A stretch of DNA of 64,000 bases, from positions 124,001-188,000 of IMG/VR virus record IMGVR_UViG_3300032334_001259; one strand, given 5' to 3'. Under the pieces are notes generated by a model. The model did no database searches, was not told where the DNA came from, and saw nothing but the letters and a program-made list of their open reading frames with translations. Below are positions 34,039-45,300 of this stretch, piece after piece. A program made the position numbers and the translations under genes. Position 1 is the stretch's first letter. Every line of letters starts with the position of its first letter.

Positions 34039-35807
34039 ACTGTAGTTATGTCGCTTCCATAACTAGTAAAACCATTTTCTTTTGTTACAGTAAGAATATT
34101 ATTAACACGGCCACTTAATTCTTCACGATGTGATACAAGGAAAATACTCTTGCCACGCTCACGTGTCATACGTTTAAGAATAGCCAAACTGTTTTCAACA
34201 CCACTGGCATCCATACCACTATCAATCAATTCATCAATAAACAACAAATTAATATTTTGGTATAGATTTTCCCAAACATCACGAAACGCCCAACTTAGTG
34301 AAAGAATAAGACGATTGCGTTCACCACGTGATAAGTTATCAAAATCAAGGTCACGACCAAGTTCAGTAATTTCTACAGATAGGTCATTAATAAACTTAAC
34401 TTCATGTGGTAATCCAATAGAACTCAAGTATGCGCCAAGTCTGCTATTAAGATAGTTAAGGTTCTGATCAATAATCTTCTTACGAACAAAACTATCTTTG
34501 CTTACGAGCATTTTAAGTAAGAACTCTTGGTGTTCTTGCATTTGTGTGAGATTATTAATAGTATCCCAACTAATTTCAACCAGTGCAGTGCTTTCCATAT
34601 CACCAATTTGTTCACTATATGGATCAGTTTCTGTTGCTTTCTTTTCTAACGTGACCGCAAGATTGTCAACCGTGCTACGATGTTCAAGTGCTTGTTCTAA
34701 CGTGTCATATATTACAGTGGGTGCATCACCAATATCTGCAAATTGTTCAAGCACAGCCATGTGTTCCCAACGTTGTGTTTCATTTGACAGTATTTGTGCT
34801 ACGCTTTCACCAAGTAGTTTCTTTTTAGACTCAATCATTTTTTCTTGATTACTATCATGTAACTCACCACCACAAGCATAACAACGGTGATCTTTGAGTT
34901 GTGCTATTTCTTGAGTAAGTTTATCACGTGTGCGTTCTTCTTTTGCATTAGCAGCATCAATACTTGCAATCCATTTCTTGGCTTGGTCACGCCTCTTTAC
35001 ACCTTCATGGTATAGAGCAAGCGCACGATGATTAGCAATTTCTTCATCAATATCAATAGCAACAAGATCACGTAGGTGTTTTTCTAGCGTAAGAACATCT
35101 TCTTCGTGTTTAGTATGCCATAGTTTTTGACGTTTTTTTAAATTTTCAATTTGTTCTGCAATACGCAGATTAGCATCTTGCTGTGCCTTAATACGAATCT
35201 TTTCTTCTGTAATAGCATCTTTGGTTGATTTAATTTGGCTTTTAAGTTGTTCAGCCTTTTCACTTAAGATTGTAACACCAAGCAACTGCTCAATAATTTG
35301 GCGTTGGTCATTGGCTCGCATTGCCAAGAATGGTTCTGTATAAGTGTTGAGTGCCACAACATGCTTGAACATGTCATGTGTCATACCAAGCAGTCGTTCA
35401 ATGTCACCTTGTGTTTCACGGCTGTCACCTTGGCTATCATCTACATAATCAGTTTGTTCATTGCCATTAATATATAATTTAGTAAACGTAGGTTTTCTGC
35501 CACGTTCAATGCGATAATCTACCCCACCAACTTCAAAGTCAACCGTAACAACCATGTTCTTGGCATTGGTTTTGTTAATAAGGTTATCTTTCTTGATATT
35601 AGTAAGGGCTTGACCGTAGAGACCATAACTCAAAGCATTTATAATGGTTGTCTTACCTGTTCCATTACGTGCTCCAGTATCATCACCTCCTAAATCCAAG
35701 TTCTCTCCGAGTACAAGAGTTAGGTCACTACGGTCAAAGTGTACAGCTTGGGTCGCATTACCCACGCTCATAAAGTTTTTAGCGGTAAGACTTTTAAGTT
35801 TCAACAT
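34035..35807 (-). CDS. gp46: Recombination exonuclease ATPase subunit (gp46/SbcC/Rad50)
   Basis: KNFMSVGN, Walker A NGTGKTT, CYAC zinc hook, LSRGE signature, LFIDE Walker B, VSH. Confidence 0.95.
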   Translation of the reverse strand: MLKLKSLTAKNFMSVGNATQAVHFDRSDLTLVLGENLDLGGDDTGARNGTGKTTIINALSYGLYGQALTNIKKDNLINKTNAKNMVVTVDFEVGGVDYRIERGRKPTFTKLYINGNEQTDYVDDSQGDSRETQGDIERLLGMTHDMFKHVVALNTYTEPFLAMRANDQRQIIEQLLGVTILSEKAEQLKSQIKSTKDAITEEKIRIKAQQDANLRIAEQIENLKKRQKLWHTKHEEDVLTLEKHLRDLVAIDIDEEIANHRALALYHEGVKRRDQAKKWIASIDAANAKEERTRDKLTQEIAQLKDHRCYACGGELHDSNQEKMIESKKKLLGESVAQILSNETQRWEHMAVLEQFADIGDAPTVIYDTLEQALEHRSTVDNLAVTLEKKATETDPYSEQIGDMESTALVEISWDTINNLTQMQEHQEFLLKMLVSKDSFVRKKIIDQNLNYLNSRLGAYLSSIGLPHEVKFINDLSVEITELGRDLDFDNLSRGERNRLILSLSWAFRDVWENLYQNINLLFIDELIDSGMDASGVENSLAILKRMTRERGKSIFLVSHREELSGRVNNILTVTKENGFTSYGSDITTV

Positions 35808-35813
35808 ATTATT

Positions 35814-35842
35814 ACCATATCACAATTAAAGGCTATTGTAAA
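35814..35842 (-). promoter_or_regulatory. Sigma70-like promoter, leaderless geometry
   Basis: TTTACA-N17-TATGGT-N6-ATG with an extended TG. Confidence 0.65.
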
Positions 35843-36839
35843 TTTCCATCAACAACTTGGTGTCATAGTGTTGTGTATCAAGATTTTGTATTTGATTTAA
35901 CACAATCTGGTCAACTGACTCAAACTTAACATCACCAAGTGTATCTTCACGTAGCACTTCACCACGTTGTTGTATAAGACTTAATTCACGAACAGCAAAT
36001 GTTTTAACCATTTCTTCTTTAATAAATGTTGCTTCTTCATAAGAAATGTTAATATCAATGTTTACACGTGCATAGGTTTTATCATTTAAATGTTTGTCTG
36101 CTTCATCAATAAGTTGTGATAGTGTAAGAACTCTATAGCGTGGAGCATCAGCCCAATTATGATAAACTGGTTCGGCACCCCAAGTTAAAATCATTGCACC
36201 ACGAGCATCGTCCCAAGCATCAGCATAATTATGAGGAAAGGCGTTGCCAATATAATGTATGTTGCCCTTACGCTGACGTTTATGAAAATGTCCTGTAAAA
36301 ACCGTTCCAACATTTGAAAACTCCTCACTATTTAATCCTCCGTGGTCAGGCATTTCTACCATTGCATTCATAAGAAACTGCGGTAATTCAAAATGACCCA
36401 TAACATAGCGTGACTTAATCTTACGCATATTTTTATGTTCTTCACCAATCAACCATGGCACAAAGGTAACATCACCTTCGGTATGTTGGTCCATAATTAA
36501 TTCAATATTTTTAAACTTTTCAATATAACGAATACTTGTTATGGTTCGTCTGTCTTTGTGATAAAGATCATGGTTACCAGGAATAAAAAGTACACGTGTG
36601 CCAATATTATTAAGGCGTTCAAGAATCCGTATTGAATGATCCATAGTATTAATATTAAGACTATTCCGTGTATCATGAAAATCTCCAAGAAACAGCACTG
36701 TGTCACATTCTTGAGTTTTAACTAGATCCAAGAACCAATCTATATAACGATCACAATCGTTTAAGAACAGTTGACTGTTCTGTTTGTACCCAAGGTGTAG
36801 GTCGGTAAAAACCGCAGCTTTTTTGAACAGATTAGACAT
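35826..36839 (-). CDS. gp47: Recombination nuclease subunit (gp47/SbcD/Mre11)
   Basis: TDLH, GDFHD, GNHD and GHFH metallophosphoesterase motifs. Confidence 0.95.
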   Translation of the reverse strand: MSNLFKKAAVFTDLHLGYKQNSQLFLNDCDRYIDWFLDLVKTQECDTVLFLGDFHDTRNSLNINTMDHSIRILERLNNIGTRVLFIPGNHDLYHKDRRTITSIRYIEKFKNIELIMDQHTEGDVTFVPWLIGEEHKNMRKIKSRYVMGHFELPQFLMNAMVEMPDHGGLNSEEFSNVGTVFTGHFHKRQRKGNIHYIGNAFPHNYADAWDDARGAMILTWGAEPVYHNWADAPRYRVLTLSQLIDEADKHLNDKTYARVNIDINISYEEATFIKEEMVKTFAVRELSLIQQRGEVLREDTLGDVKFESVDQIVLNQIQNLDTQHYDTKLLMEIYNSL

Positions 36840-36845
36840 ATTACT

Positions 36846-36874
36846 AACCTAACAGTTTAGTGTTTAGTTGTCAA
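36846..36874 (-). promoter_or_regulatory. Sigma70-like promoter, leaderless geometry
   Basis: TTGACA-N17-TAGGTT-N6-ATG. Confidence 0.72.
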
Positions 36875-36876
36875 TA

Positions 36877-37725
36877 TTAATCATTAAAACCAAAATCACC
36901 ACCGCTACCGCCGCCTCTTATGGCGTTGTCTGTTTGACGGGTATAACTTGGATTAAGTCCATTTGCTTCAAGGATGTCGTCACGTAAATGTTGATTTCTC
37001 TTCTCAACATTAAGGACTCTAGTAAAACTATTGGTAATAGTAGCAGTATAATAAGCAAAAGGATTATTAGATTTGCTTTCGTCAAATTGCAACCCTACCT
37101 GTGATAACTGTAACAATGCTTGGCTTCGCATTTCATCATTATATGTATAACCACGCCAGTTGCCTTTACTACCATACCGTTCACATAGCTTGATAAACAT
37201 ACGTGCTAGATTATTGGTAATCTTGCCATGGTCACGATTAAAGCAACCATTCTCTAGTCCACCCTCCCAATGTGATTTACCACAGCATATAAGTTCACCT
37301 GCTTCATTATATCTATAATGTTGGAATGGTGGGAAGTTTACTTTGACGTGGTGGTCAGCAGTTGTCTTAAGACTTTTCTTTCTGCCAGGTGCCAATGGAA
37401 TATGATCCCATGTAGTGATTCTAAAAATTACTTCTGTTTTTGGAATTGCTTGCCAATCAACTGTATGTTGGTCTAATTTTGTTTTCTTACCATCAACGTT
37501 TGATGCTTCCCATGCTTGCTTTGCCAACCTATCAGCACGTGCACGTTTGGCTTCTGCAACAGTCTTCTGATTAATTTTAGTAATACTTGGAAGAATCAAA
37601 TCATAAACACAATCTTCGGGTGTTAAAAATTCACAGTAAGTATTTTTACTTCTAGCAATTTCTTTAAGAAGTTCTTTATTTGTAAGATATGGAGTTCTTT
37701 TGGTTGGTGTTTTTGTTATTGTCAT
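36877..37725 (-). CDS. gp55: Late-transcription sigma factor (gp55-like)
   Basis: YLTNKELL, NWRGYTY.DEM, QFDESKSNNPFAYYT...NSF.R...EK. Confidence 0.88.
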   Translation of the reverse strand: MTITKTPTKRTPYLTNKELLKEIARSKNTYCEFLTPEDCVYDLILPSITKINQKTVAEAKRARADRLAKQAWEASNVDGKKTKLDQHTVDWQAIPKTEVIFRITTWDHIPLAPGRKKSLKTTADHHVKVNFPPFQHYRYNEAGELICCGKSHWEGGLENGCFNRDHGKITNNLARMFIKLCERYGSKGNWRGYTYNDEMRSQALLQLSQVGLQFDESKSNNPFAYYTATITNSFTRVLNVEKRNQHLRDDILEANGLNPSYTRQTDNAIRGGGSGGDFGFND

Positions 37726-37784
37726 GACTCAATTATATATGGTTATTTTAATAAAATAAATATTTTTGTTGAGAATTTTTTCAT

Positions 37785-38831
37785 ATGGCATCATTATTTA
37801 ATTTCGCACCGCAAAACTATTATACTAGAACACCTGGATACAATCAAAATCCAGCTACTTTCTATAATCCTGGTGAATTACAACCTACTGGTTATGGCAG
37901 ACAACCTGATGTTGCTGGTTATCTTGGCTATGGTGCAGCTGTTGGTGCACTTACAGTTGGAACACAAGGTTATAGATTACCTACACAAAACTTTTACAAT
38001 TATGGTGTTAACAATCCTGGTTTGTTTGGTGCACAAACACTTAAAACAAGTGTAAAAGATGTTGCAATTAATGCTGCTCTTACAGGGTTAGTGTATGGAT
38101 TAACTGGTGGACCATCTACTGATCCTACTAACGGTCGCTTAAGTGGTACTGGTGTACAACAAGGTGCTACACCACGACAATTGTTACCAACACAAACACC
38201 AAGAACCAATCCAGATGATGGTAAAGAAGATCGTGTTGTAATATATGACCAAACTGGTAGATTCATTGGTCAAAGTGATATCTTCAAACCACTTAAGAAT
38301 ACTGGTGGTGTGTTATTTCCATATACTCCAACTATTCAAGTTGGTCATAAAGCAAGTTATGAAATGATGCAACTTGTGCATACCAATTATCCTACACCAG
38401 CTTATCAACACAGTGCTATTGAGAATATATCTATACAAGCATTGTTTACAGCAAATTATCGTGCAGAGGCAGAATATATTATTGCTATGATGCATTTCTT
38501 TCGCACTGCTACAAAGATGTTTTATGGTCAAGATCAATTAGCTGGCACACCGCCACCTATTTTATTTCTTGATGGTTATGGTCCATACACGTTTGATCAT
38601 ATACCAGTTGTAATCACAAGTTTTGATTATACACTACCTAATGATGTTGATTATATAAGTTGCACTATTATGAATGAGCGTCAAAAAGTTCCTACAACTC
38701 TTAATGTAAGTTTAAGTCTTGTCCCAACTTACAGTCGTAATAAAGTTAGTAATGAGTTTGGTTTGGTTAATTATAGTCAAGGCACACTTAAAACAAGTGG
38801 TCGTGGTAATCGCAGCGGAGGATGGATCTAA
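37785..38831 (+). CDS. Baseplate/tail-tube initiator-like protein (gp48/gp54-like)
   Basis: FPYTP, GTPPP.L.L.GYG, PVVITSF.Y tube-fold motifs; TAAATA at 37757-37762. Confidence 0.6.
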   Translation: MASLFNFAPQNYYTRTPGYNQNPATFYNPGELQPTGYGRQPDVAGYLGYGAAVGALTVGTQGYRLPTQNFYNYGVNNPGLFGAQTLKTSVKDVAINAALTGLVYGLTGGPSTDPTNGRLSGTGVQQGATPRQLLPTQTPRTNPDDGKEDRVVIYDQTGRFIGQSDIFKPLKNTGGVLFPYTPTIQVGHKASYEMMQLVHTNYPTPAYQHSAIENISIQALFTANYRAEAEYIIAMMHFFRTATKMFYGQDQLAGTPPPILFLDGYGPYTFDHIPVVITSFDYTLPNDVDYISCTIMNERQKVPTTLNVSLSLVPTYSRNKVSNEFGLVNYSQGTLKTSGRGNRSGGWI

Positions 38832-39145
38832 TGGCAAGCACACCAAATTATCCTGCCGCAAGTTCTTATTATGGCACACCAAGTTTTGATAATAATCAGT
38901 TTCTTGATTTGTTAAATTATCGTGCAATACCTAAATTGGTTGATGATATTCTTTTTACTATACCGCCACAATATGAATATCGTCCAGACTTGTTAGCATT
39001 TGACCTTTATGGAGACCCTACACTTTGGTGGGTATTTGCTGTGCGTAATCCTAATACACTTATTGATCCGCTTTGGGATTTTGTCGCTAATGCAGTAATA
39101 TATTTGCCAAAAAAAGCCACGCTACAGAACGCATTGGGTATCTAA
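38831..39145 (+). CDS. gp53: Baseplate wedge protein (gp53/LysM-like)
   Basis: YEYRPDLLAFDLYG...LWWVFA..N; TAATG coupling places the start at 38831. Confidence 0.85.
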   Translation: MASTPNYPAASSYYGTPSFDNNQFLDLLNYRAIPKLVDDILFTIPPQYEYRPDLLAFDLYGDPTLWWVFAVRNPNTLIDPLWDFVANAVIYLPKKATLQNALGI

Positions 39146-42100
39146 ATGGCATCAAATTTGACCAAAGATCAACAATTAAGTGCTGCCAATGCTCAATACA
39201 AGAATTGGGTTAATCAACAGATTGCCGCCAATGGTGGTTATTATCCAACTATAGACCAAATTAACCAATATAAAGCAAGTGTTCTTAATACAGGATTGTA
39301 TCCTGATTTAGATATAGGTGTTGCACCACCACCGCCTGGTGTAGATGTAAACATAGCACCAAGTCAATTTTTTATTGTAGGGCAAGATGCATTAAATGCA
39401 GATCGTGGTAGTGGTTATAGCGGTAATCCAATCTTTACAGGTGGTATAAGTGATAACACAACATTAGAACAATTTACAGCTGCGCAAGATGCTTATGGTA
39501 GTGCACTACAAGCACAACAAGATGCGCTGGCACGTAGTAGTGCCGCAGAAGCACAAGCCGCACAAAATGCACTTGCAGCCGCACAAGCACGTGTAAAGGC
39601 ATTAGAAGCGCAATTAGCGGCTGATAGTCCAATGGACCCTACTCTAACAAGCAGTGCACAAGTACAAGCTGCAAGTAGTGCCGCAAATCAACGCAGTGGT
39701 CAAGAGATTTCACCAACTGGTGCAGTTACTGATCCAACTACTCTTGCTGAACAATACAGTCAGTATCGTAGTGGTGGAACTGTTATTCAAAATAGCACAC
39801 CTGCAAGTAATCCTGATAGACAAGCACAATTAGACCGTATTAATGATTCTTACACTGCAACAAGCAGTGGTAGCGGAACTGATGTAACAGCCCAAACACC
39901 ATCTACAAATAATCAAAATATAGAAAATTTTAATCGTGATAGACTTACTGATGCAACAGAAGTATCAGCTGCACCATTAAATAAAACTAATAGTGCAGCA
40001 GAGGATAATCCACAAAATGGTGCTACAACAGGTAGCAGCGATAGTAGGGTTTATACTGACCAACAAGTAAATGGTATGCGTGGACGTGGATTGCCTGATA
40101 AAAATCCAAGTGGTTCAGATGCAGCAACAAACGGTAGTAATAGCGTAAGCATATTAAAAAGTGGCAAAGCATATGATGAAGGTGTAAATGGTGGTAATCA
40201 AAGCACTGCCGCACCTACTGGTGGTAATGCTTCACGCACAAATAAATTACACAATTATGTCAACTACACTTATAGATTAAGTTTATATGCGATACCTAGA
40301 GAAACAGTAAACTCTATATTTGCAAGTAGCACTACACCAACAAATCAACAAATACTTGCAAACAGTGTTTGGATTTGTAGTGATAGTGGACAAGGACAAA
40401 ACAAACGTGATGCTAATTTTCCTGTTGATTTAACAATTGATAATCTTGAATTAGAAACAATAGTAAATGCTAATAATAGCAGAACTCGTGCAACTGATGT
40501 AATAAAACTTAAGTTTGATATTATTGAACCATATACTGTTAATTTTCTTGGTAGACTTATGAAGTTAAGTGCCAAAGTAAATCCAAATGGTAATTGGAGC
40601 ACAATGTTCTTTGTATTGAAAATAGAATTTATGGGATATACAGATAACGGTCAACCAATTATTCCTAGTGGTGGCGGTGATACAATTCCAAATACTACAA
40701 AGTTTATTCCATTTACAATGATTAACATGAAGTTTAATGTTACAAGTAGTGGTGGAAAGTATCACATTGATGGTATTCCTGTTAATGCTCTTGCGCTTAC
40801 TGCACTTGATAATCAAATACCATTCCACGTAGAAGTAAGTGGACAAAACATAAATGATTTATTTAACGAAGGATTACAAAGCACAACTAAATCAACTGCA
40901 ACTGGTGGAGCAGCAAGAGAACAAAATACTGTTACAACACAAAATACAGTTAATGGTAACAATACTACTGTAACTAAAGGTCTTGCAAAAGCACTTAATG
41001 CAAATGAAGAACAAAAGGTAAGTCAAAATACTCAAGGTAAACCAAACACTTATGCATTTGATTTCCAAGATCATTTACCAAGTGCAAAGATAGTTGATCC
41101 AGAACAATACTTTAAGATTCAAGGAGTACCTGGCGTAAAAGGTAAAGACCAAAAAGAAATTGACCAAGGTAAGGTTGGTTCACTTGTAGCTGATTTACAA
41201 AAAGGTGTATTTCGTGCAAATCCAGGTACTCGTATCACAGATTTTATTTCAAGTGTGTTATCAGTAAGCACATATATGACAGACCAATACAAAGATGATG
41301 GTAGTAATAATACAGCACCACTTAAAACTTGGAAGATTACTCCTGTAGTTCAGTTTAATGATATTGATCCTAAAACAAATTTTTATGCACGTGATATAAC
41401 TTATGTTGTGCGAGAATATACAACTTATGGTCAAGATGCGCCTAACTTTGGTCAAGCACGTGTGCAAAATAATCGTATTGTGAAAACCTACAAATACATT
41501 TATAGCGGTAATAATCAAGATGTGCTAGATGCAAGCATTGATTTTCAAATGGCTTTCTTTGAATTAAAAAATGGTGTGCCAATGAACTATATTGATCGTG
41601 ATGGTTTAACACCTGGTGCAGCACAGGCACAAACTGTAAGCCAAAGTCCATCAACAATAAAGCGATTCTTTATGCCACGCTATCAATATACTAATGGTCT
41701 TGCTAATCGCCAAAACACTGGTCCAACTACTATTGATTTGAAAAGCATTGGTGTTCAAGAATTAATGGAAAAATTATTTGATAATCGTGGTGATATGATT
41801 ACACTTGACATTACAATTGTTGGTGATCCAGATTGGATAAGTCAAGATTATCCACTTATGCATCCAACTCTTGTTGGCAATGATGCTTACTTACAAAATG
41901 GCAGTATTAATTACAGTAATGCTGTTTATTTTAATTTTTATTTTGCAACACCTAATACAGATTATAATGATGTTACTGGTATATTTGATGATAGAAATAA
42001 TTACAGCGAATTTAGTGGAATCTATCAAGTTGTAAGTGTAAAGAGTAATTTTAGTAATGGTAGATTCACACAAAAATTAACTAACTTCCGTGTTCGTAAT

Positions 42101-42376
42101 CAAGAAGAAGTTCAGAGCAGTGCTATACGTAATGATAGTGTAAATCCAAATGCTCCAACCTCAAGTAACAATGCAGGTGCTGCACCACTAGAAAAAGCTA
42201 CTAACAGTATAACTATTCCACCTGATCCAAGATTGAATATTCCAACAGGAACTAATGCACCATCTAATAATCAACCAATTTATAATGTTACTGATCCACG
42301 TGTAGGATTACCGCCACCAAGTAATAATTACAATGAAGACGCAGCTATACGAAACTACTATTTGGGAGTTGATTAA
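39146..42376 (+). CDS. Baseplate hub protein (gp27-like) with a long low-complexity N-terminus
   Basis: N.LH.Y..YTY..SL, I.EPY...F, TIVGDPDW and FSGIY.V..V...F..G.FTQ.L motifs; lies before the spike gene. Confidence 0.6.
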   Translation: MASNLTKDQQLSAANAQYKNWVNQQIAANGGYYPTIDQINQYKASVLNTGLYPDLDIGVAPPPPGVDVNIAPSQFFIVGQDALNADRGSGYSGNPIFTGGISDNTTLEQFTAAQDAYGSALQAQQDALARSSAAEAQAAQNALAAAQARVKALEAQLAADSPMDPTLTSSAQVQAASSAANQRSGQEISPTGAVTDPTTLAEQYSQYRSGGTVIQNSTPASNPDRQAQLDRINDSYTATSSGSGTDVTAQTPSTNNQNIENFNRDRLTDATEVSAAPLNKTNSAAEDNPQNGATTGSSDSRVYTDQQVNGMRGRGLPDKNPSGSDAATNGSNSVSILKSGKAYDEGVNGGNQSTAAPTGGNASRTNKLHNYVNYTYRLSLYAIPRETVNSIFASSTTPTNQQILANSVWICSDSGQGQNKRDANFPVDLTIDNLELETIVNANNSRTRATDVIKLKFDIIEPYTVNFLGRLMKLSAKVNPNGNWSTMFFVLKIEFMGYTDNGQPIIPSGGGDTIPNTTKFIPFTMINMKFNVTSSGGKYHIDGIPVNALALTALDNQIPFHVEVSGQNINDLFNEGLQSTTKSTATGGAAREQNTVTTQNTVNGNNTTVTKGLAKALNANEEQKVSQNTQGKPNTYAFDFQDHLPSAKIVDPEQYFKIQGVPGVKGKDQKEIDQGKVGSLVADLQKGVFRANPGTRITDFISSVLSVSTYMTDQYKDDGSNNTAPLKTWKITPVVQFNDIDPKTNFYARDITYVVREYTTYGQDAPNFGQARVQNNRIVKTYKYIYSGNNQDVLDASIDFQMAFFELKNGVPMNYIDRDGLTPGAAQAQTVSQSPSTIKRFFMPRYQYTNGLANRQNTGPTTIDLKSIGVQELMEKLFDNRGDMITLDITIVGDPDWISQDYPLMHPTLVGNDAYLQNGSINYSNAVYFNFYFATPNTDYNDVTGIFDDRNNYSEFSGIYQVVSVKSNFSNGRFTQKLTNFRVRNQEEVQSSAIRNDSVNPNAPTSSNNAGAAPLEKATNSITIPPDPRLNIPTGTNAPSNNQPIYNVTDPRVGLPPPSNNYNEDAAIRNYYLGVD

Positions 42377-42378
42377 TA

Positions 42379-45300
42379 ATGACTTGGTTTACAGAACAAG
42401 AAACTAGTAAAACAGCACCAAATACAAAATCAGAAGCCTCTGCTGGTAATCGTATTAATCCTGGTCCTTATATTGGTATTGTTAAAAACGTTGTTGACCC
42501 ACTGTATAGTGGTAGATTACAAGTTTATATTCCAGATTTAGGTGGTGATGAAACTGACCCCACCAGTTACAAAAGCATGATGTATGCGACACCATTCTAT
42601 GGTCGCACTAATATTCAAGATGGCAGTAGCTTTGCTGGTAGTCCACACAGTTATGGTATGTGGTTTGTGCCACCTGATATTGATAATAAAGTGCTATGTA
42701 TATTTGCTAACGGTGATCCTGCAAAAGGTTATTGGTTTGCTTGTATTCCAGATTGGCCAGCACTACACATGGTTCCTGGCATAAGTGGTCCAGTTGATGG
42801 TAGTAGTCCTGCACCAGTAGTAGATCATTTTGATAATAAAGATAATCCAAGTAACTTATCTAGTGTACGAACACTTGACAGATATATTCATGAATATCAA
42901 CAGAAAACTTGGGAAGACCAAGGATTATTACAAGACCCAGATCGTGGACCTGGTCGCAGTAGCGCACAACGTGAAACACCAAGTGGTGTGTTTGGTATAT
43001 CTACACCTGGTCGTCCAATACTAGATGAAGACCCACAACTTTATCCTGACAATCTTGGCTTTACAAGTGGTGGTGTAAAGCAAAAAACACCTGGTCAACT
43101 TATGGGTGTAATGGGTCGTAAGGGCGGTCATACACTTGTTATGGATGATGGCGATGCCAATGGCAATAACCAAATGTTCCGTATTCGCAGTGCCGCTGGT
43201 CATATGATATTAATGAATGACACCAAAGAGTTTCTTTATATTATTAACAGTAAAGGCACTGCTTGGGTTGAAATGGATGCTAAAGGTAGCATTAATGTTT
43301 ATGCTGAAAGCCAGATGAATATATTTGCTAAAGATAGCTTTAGTCTTGAGTCAAGTGGTGCTATAAAAATAAAAGGTAAGACAGTTGATATTCTTGCAGA
43401 GAATGGATTAAGTTTACAAGGTGCTGATGTTAACGTATTAGGAAGTGGTAGCACAAAGATTGCTGGTAAACAGAACCTACACCTACACAGTAAAAAGAAT
43501 ACCTATCTTACTGGTGAATCATGTATACAAATTAAAGCAGATGGGCATATTGATCTTAAAGCTAGTTGTCATACTATTAATACTGCTGATGCAACTAAAG
43601 CTACTGAAGCGGCTGAAGTTAAAAATAAACCAACAAATATGCCACAGCATGAACCAAGAAATAAAGGTGCTGGTAGTTTAACAGCAAGTCCAACACCTAA
43701 TGCTAAAAACAATGCAGCTACTAATCCAAATAATCCTTATGGTCAAGGTAATAACTTTGGCAGTGGTGGTGCACAACCAAATTATGGTCCACAAACTAAT
43801 AATGTTCAACCAGTTGTTTATAACAGTGGACCACAAGGTAGTTTACAAGGTCAAGGCAGTGTTTATGGTAGTTATAAACCAGACAATTATAATGGCGGTG
43901 GTATAGATTGGACAGTAGCTGGCACTATCGCTGGTGCTATTGCTGGTATTGCATTTAGTGGTGGTAGTAGTTATAATGTAACAAATGATGCTGATCCAAA
44001 ATTAAGTGTTGGTGAAGCACAGAACAATCCAGGCAACTTACCATACAATAATACTGATACATTTGCCGTGGGTTATAATAATAATCTTGCCGTATATGCA
44101 AAACCAGAAGGCGGTATTGCGGCACTTGCATTAGCATTTGATGCACTGAATATAGGTGTAAGCACACGTAGCATTGATCTTATACAAGGTTTCTTAAATG
44201 CAAAGAGCAATGTAGATCCTAAAGTTATTGATATGACTCGTTATATGCACCAAAATTTAGGTATAGTTGCTGATGATTATGTTGCATTATATGATCCTAA
44301 TACACGTATTGGTTGGGTTGCTTATGCAATACAGTATATTCAAGGTAGATTAATTTATAGTTATGACCAAGTAGTGACTGGTTGTGCATTAAGTCTTGGT
44401 ATAAGTGTAACAGACTTCTTAATGGGTATTCAACCACTTACTAAACCATGGCAAAACAATAATGGTTATAATCCGCTAAGTGGATTTGTTAATCCTGCAC
44501 AGAATAACAATATTGTTCAGCGTGGTAGCAGTCCGCTACAAACTATTGGCAGTGCAATTGGTGGTGGTTTGATTGGTGGGTTGATTGGTAGCTTTATACA
44601 AGGCAATCAACGTAGTAATCAAGGTGGTATTGTTGCAGTTACTGATGCTAATTCTGCAAGACGTTATTTGGAAGCTAATCCAAATACACCTAATGGCACC
44701 GTATTCCAATATCCTGATGGTAGCACATTTACATTAGGCGGTGGCAGCGTAACTTATGTTGATAATGGTGGTTATAATGTAACTAATGTTCAACAATATG
44801 GTGGACCAACTAATGAAGCTATCGGTTCTGATATTCGCTTTGATGGTATCATTAATAATGGCACACAAGGCAGTGGTGGCTGTGCTACACTAGCGCAAAC
44901 ATATGCACCTAATCTTGGTCATACAAGCACTTGGAGTGCTGGTGATAGTATTACTAATGGAACCGCACAACCAGGTGATGTATATGCTACATTTGCACCT
45001 GGTGGTAGTTATACAGGTCAAAGTGGCACATGTCATACAGTTATCTTTAACAATTACACTTATGATAATAATGGTAATATTAATGGTGCCTATGTTACTG
45101 AACAATATGTTGGTCAGCCTCCACATACAGCTTTCTATAGTGCATCACGCACTGACAAATATGAAGTATTCCAAAACTTTAAACGTGTTCAAAGTGATAC
45201 TGCTCCAAGTGGTGCTAACGTAACACAAACACAACAATATAATAATGTTACTGGTCAAAGAACACAACAAAGTTATGCACAAGATAGTAATCCAATTCCT

